This document shows, one piece after another, positions 24,108 through 37,134 of a stretch of DNA of 64,000 nt (position 1 is its first letter; every line of letters begins with the position of its first letter). Made by a program: the position numbers and the translations under genes. The stretch lies in contig NC_068985.1 of NCBI RefSeq assembly GCF_001194135.2, forward strand, positions 27,067,197-27,131,196. The letters are read 5' to 3'. The notes below the pieces were generated by a model that did no database searches, was not told where the DNA came from, and saw only the letters and a list, made by a program, of their open reading frames with translations. The DNA is from Octopus bimaculoides (taxonomy: Eukaryota).

Positions 24108-27100
24108 CTGAAATAGAGAGAAAAAAAAAATTACTGTTGAAATCTTTTTCTGTATACTAGCATAGGTTGAATGAATTTGAATTTTAAGAGAAATTTTGTA
24201 CTGGAAAACATTTTTACAATTAAATGCTTACTTAACAGTAACCAACCAACTACAACATCTATTTTCAGATAGAAAAACTGATGCAATTCCAGAATAGTCA
24301 GTAAATGAAAGTAGTAGTCCAGCATGACTGTAGCTTACCTGTGATAACTAAAACAAACTAGAATATGTACTGCATCACTGAAATTTTGCAATAATCCATA
24401 CATTGATTACAAAATGAAACAAATGGTAAATTCTTGTTGGTCAGTGGCATTTGACAATCACTTGGCAAACCACAGAATTTTAAAATTTTCTTGCAGCAAT
24501 AGAAGAAACAATTTTTTCCCAAAAAACTTTTGAAAATTTCTGTATATTTTTTCTGAATAAATACTTGAATGATAAAAATAAAATTAAACCTTGGGAGGGG
24601 CATTATGCCGGTAATAAACACACGCACTAGTTCAGTCCTTTATTAATTTATAAACAGTATATAGTTTTTTGTTAAATCATTTCATTGCACTCTTGCAATC
24701 TCTTCAGTAACTTGTCTCTCCACAATGAAATGATTTAACAAAAAACTATATACTGTTTATAAATTAATAAAGGATTGAACCAGTGNNNNNNNNNNNNNNN
24801 NNNNNNNNNNNNNNNNNNNNNNNNNNNNNNNNNNNNNNNNNNNNNNNNNNNNNNNNNNNNNNNNNNNNNNNNNNNNNNNNNNNNNNNNNNNNNNNNNNNN
24901 NNNNNNNNNNNNNNNNNNNNNNNNNNNNNNNNNNNNNNNNNNNNNNNNNNNNNNNNNNNNNNNNNNNNNNNNATGATCTGACACATTTTTGGATTAAAAA
25001 AAAAAAAGCAAAGAAACAAAAAAAATTATTTATTTTTGAGAAGTACATATAATGCCATTTTGTTTCATTTGGTCTTAAAAATTAAATCAGTCAAATGGGA
25101 GCAGTCATTGTCCACACACTGTCGAAGGCATTCATGAAAGTTGTCCATAACTCGGCGGATCATTTCATGAGGAATGGCATCTTTAAGTTGTTCAATAGAT
25201 TGAGGGCGATTAAAGTATACCTTTGACTTGAGGTATCCCCAGAGGAAAAAATCGCAAGGATTTAAATCAGGTGATAGGGGGGGGGGACCGATGTCACCAC
25301 GCAATGAGATTAAATGACCAGGAAACACCTCCCTCAAAATTCCCATCGCACGTCGAGAAGTGTGGGCTGTTATAAGTACCTTTCGAAAGTGAAAAAAACA
25401 TTTTTGTAACTTTAATTTATTTGCCTTTTATTAAACCTACAAATGTGTCAGATCATTTTGCTGGACCCTATACTTGTTACCCTTTGCTCAAGGATATAAT
25501 GCACTACCTTGTCCAGGAACTGAACTCACAACCTTACAATCATGATCCCAACACCCTCACCACTAGGCCATACACACATCTTCACATCCAGTATTATCAT
25601 TAGTAAAGAGAATTTTTTTTTGTTTTTGATTTGTTAATGTCATTGCTAGCTCCATCCAACCATCTATCAATAACTTCCACAAAAGTATCAATAATATATT
25701 TTTGGCAAGTCAATTCTAAATATTCTTTTTTTACTAGTTTCAGTCACTGGACTGCAGCCATGATGGGGCACCAACTTGAAGGGTTGTAGTCAAACAGATC
25801 CACCTCCTTCCCCAGGATTTATTTTTAAGTGTGGCACTTATTCTATCAGTTCCTTTGCTGAACCACGAAGTTACAAGGACATAAACAAACCAACACCAGT
25901 TGTAAGGTGGTGGGGACACAAAGTCACACACACACACACATTTATATAATCAAATGAATAACTGTTAATGCTTATTTTATCAGCCACAATTGTAATGATA
26001 CTGCACACACAAAATATTGAGAATTAATGAATCAGTAAGAAAATCTTAAATAATCAATAGACGATACAGAACACCGACTTGTGTTTCTATACATCAAAAT
26101 AATGAAGAATTTTGGACATTTGTTCATAAACAGGGCCTCCTGAAAGTATTTACCTTGTCAAAAGTGGGTGTTTTCCAACACAAAATCAGTGCTTATTTAT
26201 TCATATTGTTTTGTATTAATTATGCATTATCTCATAGCTTTGATAAGGCAATGAGCTGGCAAGAATCATTAGCATGCTGGATGAAACACTTAGCGGTATT
26301 TTGCCTGTTGCTCTGTTCTGAGTTCAACTTTGACTCTCATCCTCTTGGGGTTAATAAATTAAGTACCAGTTGCATACTGAGGGATCAAATCGATTGGCCC
26401 CCCTCCCCAAAAGTTTCAGGCCTTGTGTCTATAGTAGAAAGGATTATCTTATAGCTTTGAGGTTTCAGGGGTGATTGTTTATTTTTAGAATGACATTGTT
26501 GGGTAGGTGTGAGAGGCTACACATGGCCAGTTTAAATGCTAATGGGTTAAAAACCTAAAGTAAAACAGTGGAGCATAACGGGTCGCTGGACCCACCAAAT
26601 TAAATACTGCCAGAGCACCAGCTGTCTGGCTTCAGTGCCGGTGGCACGTAAATAGCACCATTTGAGCATGATCGCTACCAACGTCGCCTTCCTGGCACTT
26701 GAAAAGTCAGTCGAACGAGTTCGTTGCCAGTGTCGCTGGCTCCTGTGCAGGTGGCACATAAAAGACACCATTTCGAGCATGGCCGTTGCCAGTACCTCCT
26801 GACTGGCCTTCGTGCTGGTGAAACGTAAAAGCACCCACTACACTCTCGGAGTGGTTGGCGTTAGGAAGGGCATCCAGTTGTAGAAACTCTGCCAGATCAG
26901 ATTGGAGCCTGGTGTAGCCATCTGGTTTACCAGTCCTCAGTCAAATCGTCCAACCCATGCTAGCATGGAAAGCGGATGTTAAACGATGTTGATGACATGA
27001 GCAAAACACAGCTATAAATTTATTTAACAGCAATAAGATAAAGTTGGAACTAAAACTGGCACTCTGTTAGTTACAATGACGAGGGGTCCCAATTGATCCG

Positions 27101-30100
27101 AACAACAGAACAGCCTGCTTGTGAAATTAACGTGCAAGTGGCTGAACACCCCACAGACACACACACTCTTCATGTGACAAGGCTGGCCCTTTGAATTACA
27201 GGTATGACTCATTTTTGCCGGCTGAGTAAACAGGGGCAATGTGAAATAAAGTAATGTCTTGTCAAGGGCACAATACACCACTTGGAATTGAACTCTTGAC
27301 CTTGCAATCGTGAGCCGAATATCCTAAGTACTAAGCCACATGTCTTCACAGTTAGAACTATTAAATGCATGAAACAATAACGTTTTTGCAAAATAAAAGC
27401 CTCTTTCATGACATATGATTCTGTCCTGGTATTGTAAGAACATGAACACCTGCATTGTACAAATGGATGCTGATGGAGGTGTACCAAAGGAATCTGCTGC
27501 AAGAAATGGAATTGCAAACATTTTGCAAAAAACTATCTTCAGTGCAAGTCGTCAATCTCAACAATTACTGAGCCCATATACATGACATGACGAATATCAA
27601 AGTAACAGCATTTGAGTGTCAGCTAATATTGGGTTAAAACATTATGTAATTGTGCAGAAACAAGACATAATACTCGTTGCTCATAATCAAGCTTATCTGG
27701 TGTTATGCCTTGCCTAATGATGGATTTGCATAATTACTGAAAGTCTAAGATCCAGTCATATTAATGAAAATTCACACTGTTTTCACTTTTTGCCTTTAAA
27801 AATACCTACTTCTGACAAGTTAAATACTTTCACTTTGATGGAGTCCTGGAAATGAAAAGGCATCAAATTTTGGTTTAAAAATATTGTAAGTCATGTGTGT
27901 AACACATCAAAGTGTAAATTGTTTAAATGATTTAAAAAAAAATTTTACAGTTTAAGCCTTATCTGTTCATACCATCTCACAAACTTGCTGGCCATCATTC
28001 ATTTTTATATTATTTTCTCTTTAAACCTTTGTGTCTGCATGCACATGTGTTTATTATATCTGACAGTCTACTTAGAGTCTCATTTCAGGGTGAATTGTGC
28101 AAGACAGTCATATCTATCTACTCATATAAATAACATCTAAGGTGGACTAGTCCCAATTGCCCATAAAACGTTAAACCACGTGGAACTAAGTCAAATTGTT
28201 ATTAAACATATGTAACTCTCACTAAATGTATTGAGTGTTACTTCGTTTGCTCACACTCTTGGGTGGGTGTGTGTATATATAAGTTCAAATCATTCAAGCC
28301 TCTGTGTGTTTATCTGCATCACCATGTCCATATCAACTCACTTGGATTTCTCTTATAGCCACTCTTGACCCAATGGATCTAGTCTTCAATAAAGATTTCG
28401 GAGTTAAACTTATTTGAGCATTACTACGCATTTTCTATACTGAGCATATCTAGCTTCCAACTCTTACCTTTTGACTGTGTGTGTGTGTGTATTTACATAC
28501 ACACACACTTCGAGTATCATAAGTACCATAAACCAAAATCAAAACCACCAAACATACATGATTTCTGTATGGATGCTGCTACAAGAATATATGTCTACTT
28601 TTTTAACTCTTTAAAATTTTGCTTGCATTTAAATAATCCACTATAATATGAAATAACACAAAGCCATTGGAATATGGCTATGCTTGGATACTTCCTTCAA
28701 AGGCTTAGTTGATCAAATTGACCCTAGGATGCCCAAATGAAGTGTGAGTAGGCAGTGGAATGTCATCTTGTAGAATATCTGAAAATGGAACTGGTAGAGG
28801 ATCAAGTTCTGGATCCAACCCTTCTAATCTATTTACTTGTGAAAACTCCTGTCTGTTCCCTGTATTCTAAGAGAGGGATCCTCAAATACACCCAAAGCAA
28901 CTGCTCCAAGGCACTAAATGAGGAATGCTATTGTTGAAGACACAACCAGGTCCTCAAGACCATTGTCGAGTCAATCAACAAGAGGATGAGTGATAGTGGA
29001 AGTGCCAATATTGCAGTCAGAAAGATAACCTTTAAGATGGTAGATCAACAAAAGAAAAGAAGCTCTGGTGGTTTACTTTCACAGCACATGAGTGGGTAAT
29101 GGAAGCATGCATGAAGAAGCACCTAGATCTTGTTCAGACCAGATATAACAATGCAGCTAATCCTATGGAAGTTGATTGTGCCAAGAAGAGGATGGTAGAA
29201 GTGCAAGAGAAGAAGATGGTTAAGTACCAAGAGTTGGTGGAAAATTGTAAGAATGAGTGGAGAACCAACTGTTCAGTAGAGAAGATTAACAATTGAAGGT
29301 TCACAAGCCATTCTCTAAGGAATCCTGACTATTATAAGAATGACAAGAAGAATCTCAATAACAATGTAGAGATTGTTGAGAAACTATGTAGATGGCTCTG
29401 GCTGAAAAGAGATGATCAGAGAAGTCAGTAGAATGTCGCTTGAACACTATCTTAGGTTTGATCAACTGTTGTAAGCCTTGAAACATCCAATGACTCTAGG
29501 ATACATCGTTGACAATGTGCCCAAGTATTGCATCTTACAGATGTATGTAGTACTAAGACTGGTACTCATTCTATCAGTTTCTTTTTACCATAAGCTATGC
29601 AGACATAAACTAAACAGGGAGAGAGAGAAAGATACAAGATTCACTCGATTAGATTTGGTCAGTCCAGGACAAGCAGTGGGACTGAACCCGAAGCCACTAC
29701 TCAGCTGTATCTCACCAGCCTACAATATATATATATGTGTGTGTGTGTGTGTGACTGGATAGATAAACAACATAGCCGTGCCATCATGGACTGCACAAAT
29801 TAAATACCGTATACACCAGCGGTACTCAACCACTTTTTTTTTTTACCTATGGACCCCTTTAATTACTATTTTATTCTAGTGGAACCCCCCATAGTCATTC
29901 GATGTTTAAAAACTAGTTTTAGAGAAAGTTTTTTCAAAATTCCTACTTTGTTTTTTTACACATTAAGCTGTGTAGGTTGAACTACGTAAAATGTTAGAGA
30001 AAGAAACCAAGTTGTTTCTTGCAATACATACATCTAAAGCAAAAGTTTTTCAGGGGCCCTTAAAATATTATTGTGGATCCCCTTACCCAATTTACTATTT

Positions 30101-31409
30101 CGTTACGTGGACCCCGGTTGAGAACTACTGGTATACACTGTATCTGGAAAGAAAAAAAATCGGTGTTATTTCCTGTTTCAGCGGGTTATTGATTGAAATG
30201 CAAGTAAACTTTTTAAAGTTGTGTTCTCTTACATTTAAGTCTAAATTTAACAATCTCAGACTTTCATTTTACAGTAACACGAAAAATCAAAATCGAAACG
30301 ACGAAATTTACTTGATTTTTGTACATACGCTGTTACAAAATCTATCTACGTATATATGAAAACTGAATTTACTTCGCTGTTTCGGTTTTTAATTTTATTA
30401 CTTAAAATTTTCCTTTCATTTCAATTGCACTCTAAAATACGATTTGAGATAAATACACATGGAATTTAGGCGATCGTTCCTTTAAATAATACGAGGGGGT
30501 ATTGAAAAGTTCCTGGCTTTAAAGGTGTCGCGAAAAGCCTGGTTGGAGGTCCAACCGTCTGAATTCTTTTATGGGGATTAGAAAAACTGAAGGACCGCTG
30601 TAATAAGTGTGTGAATCTGAGAACAGAATATGTTGAATAAAATCATAATTGACTAATTCTCCTGTATTTTCTTCTATTCAAAGCCAGGAACTTTACAGCA
30701 CCCCCTCGTATATCTTGATAATAATTAATTGTTTTATTGGCCACAAGGGCTAATATAAATCAAAAACATGGAAGGACAAAAACAGGACGAAAGTTACAAA
30801 GGGTTTTGTCCGAAAGGTAGAAAACGTTCGTGTAAACGTAGGAAAAACAGAGAAAGATATAACAAATAAAACTCCCAATAGGGGGAGGCGCTTCGAAAGG
30901 TTACACGTGGAAAAACCCATATGTTGAAGGTTTCCTTTTAATATGTAGTAAGATGGAAGAAGATAATGGTCTAAAGATTGGACAACAGATTAACGCAGTA
31001 TTTCCTATATTACCACATGTATACACGTACACATTTTAAAGTAAAAAATAATCACAAAAATATTCACCGACATAAAACGAAACATCACCAACTTTTGTTT
31101 CATTTCAATTAATGTTCAATATTGCTTACAGAAGGATTATCTAAGAACGACAGTTAAGCCAGGAGTGGATAATAAAACGAAAATGAAAGTCTAAATACGA
31201 TAATCCTAGAGGGAAAACAAAAGTGATTCCACATAGTTTAATATGGAACAAACGAAGATATTTCTATTCAAAGACAATATTAAATAAAAGGGTAGACTAA
31301 GCATAACTTTTACAAATAACCTTACTTGTAAAAATAATTCATAAAGTAATTCTTCGGTAATTTTCTCTGGTAAATTACCAACAAACAACGTCCTCTCTTG
31401 AGCATCCAT
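23664..31409 (-). CDS. RBM7: RBM7/RBM11-like single-RRM RNA-binding protein, 175 aa: complement(join(23664..24107,31326..31409))
   Basis: MDAQERTLFVGNLPEKITEELLYELFLQ|SGPLEKVFIPKERSYAFIQFKHSESIPYTLQIYDGVSLYGK resembles the RBM7 N-terminus (RTLFVGNL..KVTEELLFELF.QAGP...AFV.FKH..S.PYA). Phase-0 GT-AG intron of about 7.2 kb; low-complexity N/Q/Y/R tail. RBM7 versus RBM11 cannot be resolved in an invertebrate. Confidence 0.88.
24973..25469 (-). mobile_element. Internally deleted Tc1/mariner (maT/mori-like) element with both TIRs; left end in gap
   Basis: ORF 25346-25065 contains PPLSPDLNPCDFFLWGYLKSKVY (transposase C-terminal motif). ATGATCTGACACATTT at 24973 is inverted at 25441-25456. Confidence 0.85.
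26245..26450 (+). mobile_element. SINE family B copy
   Basis: gagctggcaagaatcattagc...gagttcaac...aaattaagtaccag...ggccttgtgtc. Other copies at about 15275-15480, 34435-34635, 48872-49087(-), 51355-51570. Confidence 0.8.
26610..26998 (+). mobile_element. RTE LINE 3' UTR copy with three hairpin units
   Basis: Three ggtggcac/aaagcacc units, then the conserved tail. Confidence 0.8.
27040..27350 (-). mobile_element. tRNA-derived CORE-like SINE (family D)
   Basis: Minus strand: gtggcttagtacttagg (A box), gagttcaattcc (B box), ttgtgcccttgacaagacattac (CORE/MIR-like), unique 3' part. Confidence 0.65.
28690..29460 (+). mobile_element. Fossil RLE-type (HERO-like) non-LTR retrotransposon, C-terminal Zn-knuckle and restriction-like endonuclease
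   Basis: TPVCSLYSKRGILKYTQSNCSKALNEECYC*RHNQVLKTIVESI resembles C..C....L.HIL..C.KAL..GRY.WRHDQVL; VEVQEKKMVKYQELVENCKNEWR resembles EA.ERK..KY..L...C...GW. Confidence 0.6.
29817..30130. mobile_element. hAT (Charlie-type) MITE, 314 bp, perfect 8-bp TSD
   Basis: TIRs CAGCGGTACTCAACC / GGTTGAGAACTACTG; GTATACAC at 29809-29816 and 30131-30138. Confidence 0.9.
30492..30708. mobile_element. Mariner-type MITE, 217 bp, TA TSD
   Basis: TA-CGAGGGGGTATTGAAAAGTTCCTGGCTTT ... AAAGCCAGGAACTTTACAGCACCCCCTCG-TA. Confidence 0.9.
31326..31409 (-). CDS. RBM7: RBM7-like coding exon 1 (28 aa, RNP2)
   Basis: ATG at 31409; donor CAA|GTAAGG. An in-frame upstream TTG/ATG-called ORF start at 31433 is possible but less likely. 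Confidence 0.88.
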
Positions 31410-31849
31410 GTTTGAAATACGATTGAAAAACATTCACCACGTATATTTGAAGAGCGTGCGACAGGGGAGATCACTGTTGTTCTTCACCGTCCAGTTTCAA
31501 ATCTTTACAAGATTAATTTAACTACATTTACGGGGTGTTGTCACTTTAGTTAATAGTATTTTTTTCCAGTACAAAACTGGATTTCTTCGAAATCAAATAT
31601 AGAATATTATATTATAAAAGAATATATATTTCATTGTTTTTATGCCTACAACGAATTAAACTCGTTCAAAGGAGATAATTCATAGAAATTTATATTTTTC
31701 CTTTTCATAATTAAAAAAGGTGATCAAAATTTTTCATATTGTTTTAATGAAATAAATAATAATAATTCTTTTAAATAGAATTAGTGAACGTGATCCTAAG
31801 ACGGTGCAAATTAAATGATAAAAACCAAAACGAAAATCAGAGACGATCT

Positions 31850-32049
31850 TTTATCTTTTGTTTCAGTCGTTAGTCCGCAGTCATGCAAGGACATCACTTT
31901 GAAGGGTTTTAATCGAACGAATCGACCCCACTACGTTTTTTTCAAGTCTAATAATTATTCTATTGGGTTCCTCTTGCCAAACTGCTAAGTTATGGGGACG
32001 TAAACCACCCAACACTGATTGCCAAGAAGTGGTGAAGAACAACCCACCC

Positions 32050-32118
<69 letters not shown>

Positions 32119-32280
32119 ATGGGCTTTTTTCAGTTTCCATCTCCCAAATACACTCACAAAGCTTTTCTTGGCCTGAAGCTATAGTAGAAGATACTTGCCA
32201 AATTGCTACACAGTGGGATTGAACCCAGATCCATGTGGTTGAGAAGAAAACTTCTTACCACACAGCCACATCTGCACCTA
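31850..32280 (-). mobile_element. Complete bipartite SINE with long central (TA)n, upstream of the RBM7-like gene
   Basis: Module C 31850-32050, (TA)n 32052-32115, module A 32116-32280. Confidence 0.8.
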
Positions 32281-35200
32281 TTAGATGAATTTTTAAATTA
32301 CTACAGAAACAGATCTATTCATTCTCAAATCCCAATATATTCTAGTAACAGGGCCAATTCAAGGTACCGATAACTCAGGCAGTTGTCCAAGACACCATGT
32401 ACTAGGGACCGCCAAGGAGAGCATGACAAAGACAAGGAAATTTCCTTGGCCGTCAGCTTGCCTGGGGCACCAACAACCCTAGGGCCAGCTCTGTCTGATA
32501 GATTTGAACATGAATATCTGATTACTGTTGATTTTCATCATCAGAAAGCACCTCCTCTTTAAATGATTTTGGTTCATAGTACACACATAATTCACTGTAA
32601 GAGTATTTTGAGACAATATAGTGTTTCACCCTTATTGTATGTCTCCTCAGTCAAAGCTATCCTACTAAGCTGATGAATCTAGAAGACATTGTCAAAAGGG
32701 AGGAGACATTATCTGAAGAAACAAACAAACGAAAACCCCAACGACAATCAAATATTCAGGCTCAAATCTGCCGGAGTATATTAAGAATGAACAAATACGT
32801 TATTGTTTGGATTTATGCTGTTCTGCAAGCACCTCATGAATTATTATATTTGGCAGACATCAGCAAATAATTTCTTTGCTGATTCTCATAAACAAAAGCC
32901 TATATTCATATTAGATTCCTCAGTCCGGTGGGACAGTTTTGGCTAAGAAGACCGACAATAAAGTTCAAAACATTGCAATATACCTAAGTCCCTTTACACC
33001 GGTGTATTTCATGTTATGAACACACATCATCTCAAGAGGGAAGTTCTATGACGAAAAGCAACAGCAATCAGATGTGTCCTAATAGTATTTCAAATGAATA
33101 AATATGTTATAGCTTGGATTCTCTATGTTCTTCATGCACAACATAAAATAATAAGTGATTTCTTGGAGGTGCATTTTTATTGATAGCAAAAAAAATGAAA
33201 GGCAAAATTAGCTGACATATTAGAACTCAATACATCACTAATAGTCATAAAACTGCTCTGCAAAATTGAACAGCTCTTACCCAGTTTATGTCTTAGCTTC
33301 TACTGCACCAAACAACTGAACTGTAGTGTAGATAAATCTTACGCTAACATCTTTATATCTCATCGTCTTCCAAGGCGTCATCTCCATGGTGTGCAGCACA
33401 AAAGAACTGGATATTTAATTCTGCATTGTCTCAGTTCATCTAACTTTGGAAAGTAATAAGTACCTTCTTTTCTAGAAAAACATATCTGCAAAATACTGCC
33501 CCAAGAGAGATTTACCCCAACCGCTTCACATAATGAAAATTAGAGTTGTGCAAGGACATTATCACTCCTAATGATTCATGAAAGAATTACATTTTAAATA
33601 ATAACAATGTTGCTTCACTTTACAGTTTATTAGAATTTCAATGAATGACCAAGCAATCCAGATTTTGAAGTCTTCATTTCATCCAGCTCTGTCTAACACT
33701 GGATGTTTTTACCTGTTTGGGGATCCAGCTCAATAAATACAGAATATTTTAAGTATACTGAAAATAGCTAATACCTAGGGTTATAACTGCAACAACTTAT
33801 AAACAGCTTTTATTACTATATTTCTGGAATAATATTAGTTGACAGGGTGCATAGCTTGGAGATCAGGGAGTCTCTCCCAGTCGAGTTTCTACATCTCTGC
33901 ATTGAGAAGTCACAACTCCAGTACTATGAATATAGTAGAATGGATCTTTCAAGCTAGGCCAACTGGCAGATGTATAGGTAGACCAAGAATAAGATGGCTG
34001 GATAACATCCATTGTCTCAGTTGATCACCCTTAGACATCCAGTTGGAAAGCGTAATGATGATTGCATCTGATGTGACCTTATGAGTGTGCCTGAAGACTC
34101 TACCCCCATGACACTCCTGGGAATAGTGGGTGGAGAAGATGGATGCATGATGAATTTAGTAAAATAACTGTCGTTATTAATCTGATGTTTGGAAAATTAT
34201 GAAAGGTTTTAATTTAGATCATTTTAAAACAAAGTTTGTTTCATAAAGAAGGGGAGTCTCAGGCAGGTTTGTATCAAAGGGTTAAATATTCCTTCCGTTT
34301 TTTTCTAAGTGTTATAACTGCTACAATTTATAAACATGAGTGGACTGTGAATGACTTTCATTAAATATTCCTAACATTTCAAGGCATATTATGATCTTTC
34401 ATTGTTTTTCAGCAATATTAATTTTGCATTTAAGGCAGTGAGCTGGCAGAAACATTAGCATGCCGGGTGAAATGCTTAGCGGTATTTTGTCTGTCTTTAT
34501 GTCCTGAGTTCAAATTCCGCCGAGGTCAACTTTGCCTTTCATCCTTTCAGGGTTGATAAGTACCAGTTGCATACTGTGATCAATCTAATCGACTCCCCCC
34601 AAATTTCAGGCCTTGTGCCTAGTGTAGAAAAGAATATTAATTTTGCATTTGATCCTCGTTCTGTCAGTCAACTCAATTTGAAAGAGAAAGTTAATCAATC
34701 CCTTTTATTTCGGTACTTGACTAGTACTTTATTTTATTAGCATCAAAAGGATGAAAGGTAAAGTTGACCTCAGCTGTATTTGAACTCACAATGTAAAAGA
34801 ACTGGTGGTAACCTATTAATAATTGTTTCTGCTATAGACACAAGGCTAACAATTTTGATGGAAGAGAAAAGGGTTGGTCTCAATACCATCAACCTCAGTA
34901 TGAAATTGATACTTTATTTTATCAACCTCAGAGGGATGAAAGGTGAAGTTGACCATGACAGGATTTGAACTCAGAATGTAAAGGGCTGGAAGATTCAAGA
35001 GGGACAGAAATGGCATTGACTTTACCAACCTAAGAGGGTTTATGAAGCTATAATTACTTGTCATACTATCCATTCTATCCCAACCTGGCAAAGAAGAGAG
35101 AGAGAGAGAGAGAGCATGTCAATGATACTTGTTGATGAGTGTATTTTTGCTAATCAGTTGAATGGCCTTGTTTTAGTTGCATCCTCATATACTTGTGCAT

Positions 35201-35424
35201 TACCAGTAGTACAGTCTGATGAATGTGAACAGAATTCTTCCATTGTAGAAAGAGAAATATTGATTAAGGCTGAAGCATTTAACTCCCACTGTTAGTTTTG
35301 CAATGTTATTATATCAGAGATTGTGAAGAATATAATTTGTAACTAGCTGGCCCTGTGTCATCAAAGATGACAGCTAATTGTAGTATTTTATATATAAATA
35401 AGGTACATAATAATCACAGATGCA

Positions 35425-35615
35425 AACATTCACATGACTTCCTTTTACATACACACACATATACTCACGCAGAGTTGAAACGCTGTTTGATTTTTCTTTT
35501 CAGCACTGAATGTTCACCATCCCACTTCCATTGCACACACACACACACTAACATTCACATGACTTCCTTTTACATACACACACATATACTCACGCAGAGT
35601 TGAAACGCTGTTTGA
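35425..35615. repeat. 66-bp exact direct repeat, period 125 bp
   Basis: aacattcacatgacttccttttacatacacacacatatactcacgcagagttgaaacgctgtttga at 35425-35490 and 35550-35615. Confidence 0.9.
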
Positions 35616-36571
35616 ATTTTTTTTTTTTTTTTTCACAGTAGAACTTCCACCATCTCACTACCAGGTTTGCCATCATTCATATGTTGTGGCAGAGAAAACA
35701 CAAGAATATTATTAACGTAGATGACTGAGTGTTTTAATTGTGTTATTTTAAAAGGTGAGGTACAAGGCAATCTTTGAGTATATGTGTTTGTTGAAAGAGA
35801 CTAGACCATTATATTCACATTGAAGCGTACTTGCAAGGTTTCCATCCATAGGTGGGTATGTACATGGCAAGTTGTGTTATAGGTTTTGTGTAGATGACAT
35901 GTGCAAAAGGTTAAGACATGTTTCAAATAACAATAATTAAGTTGTTAAAACACACAATAAAGAGTGTAGAAGATATTACTGAACCTGCAGGTACACAACA
36001 ACAATAAAGAGCTCTGTCAGCATGTTACAAAGGTGCAACCTCACCCGAGTAGTGGAAGACATGTAGACCCAAGGCAAACAGTCCTCAATAGTGAGTTACC
36101 ACTGATAGGTGACAAAGAGGTGGTCACTGAGAGAGAGAGAGAGAAAGAGAAAGAGATTAAGGTTATGATGTAATTGCTAAATGATCCCATCTCCTTTGAG
36201 ATGCTAAAATTGAGGGAGTTAGATTGGTAGGTGGGTAGAGCAGAGACTGATGTTTAAGGAATGGGATACAACTTCTGCACGTTTCAAAAGATTGGAGGTA
36301 GATTCCTTAAAAAAAAAGAGAGAAATCCACAAATTTGATGCTGGAGTGCATTTTGAGAGTGGAAAGAAAACAATTGGCATCATTGGCCATACGGCTGTAA
36401 AATGGTGGAGAGACAAAGAACATGAAGGAAATTTGAGAGATTTGTTATTGTGAGGCTAGCAATGAAGCAAGCAACAAATGTGAAACCTTGAGATCTGAAA
36501 AAAGAAAATGCATGTAACTACCAGCTAACAACATAAATGTCATTTTAAAGCAATTAATAGCTGCACTCGTT

Positions 36572-36915
36572 TATTTGTTTCAGTCATTTGACTGTGGCTA
36601 TGCTGGAGCACCACCTTTAGTTGAACAAATCGACCCTAGGACTTACTCTTTGTAAACCTAGTACTTATTCTATTTTGCCAAACTGCTAGGTTACAGCGAC
36701 GTAAACACACCAAAATCGGTTGTCAAGCAATGGTGGAGGGACACACACACAAATATTATATATATCACAGGCTTCTTTCAGTTTCCATCTACCAAACTCA
36801 CTCACAGGGCATTGACTGGACTGACGGTATAGTAGAAGACTCTCGCCCAAGGTGCCACTGAACCTAGAACCATGTGGTTGGTAAGCAAGCTACTTACCAC
36901 ACAACCACTTCTGTG
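36572..36915 (-). mobile_element. Complete bipartite SINE with short central tract
   Basis: Same A/C junction as the other copies. Confidence 0.8.
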
Positions 36916-37134
36916 TACATTAAATCATTTTTGATTTTTAACATGACTAAATTACCAGCTAAATAGCCAAGCAGATAATGCATTTTGATTCAAGTTCTTT
37001 AAACCCATTTTTCATCCTACCATATGGGATGTTGTCATCTATATCCAGCAAGGTATAAAAAGGTTATACTGCATATTAATGCAACGTGTCCAGGGGATTA
37101 ATACAATACACTTTAATGTTGTCAAAGACTATAA

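Noticed and set aside
32349-32493. Possible hAT-type MITE (cagggcc... / ...gggccagctctg)
   Set aside because: TIRs are degenerate and the flanking 8-mers (tctagtaa / tctgatag) do not form a convincing TSD.
36219-36453. Short ORFs resembling a LINE ORF2 linker
   Set aside because: Similarity too weak to call by eye.
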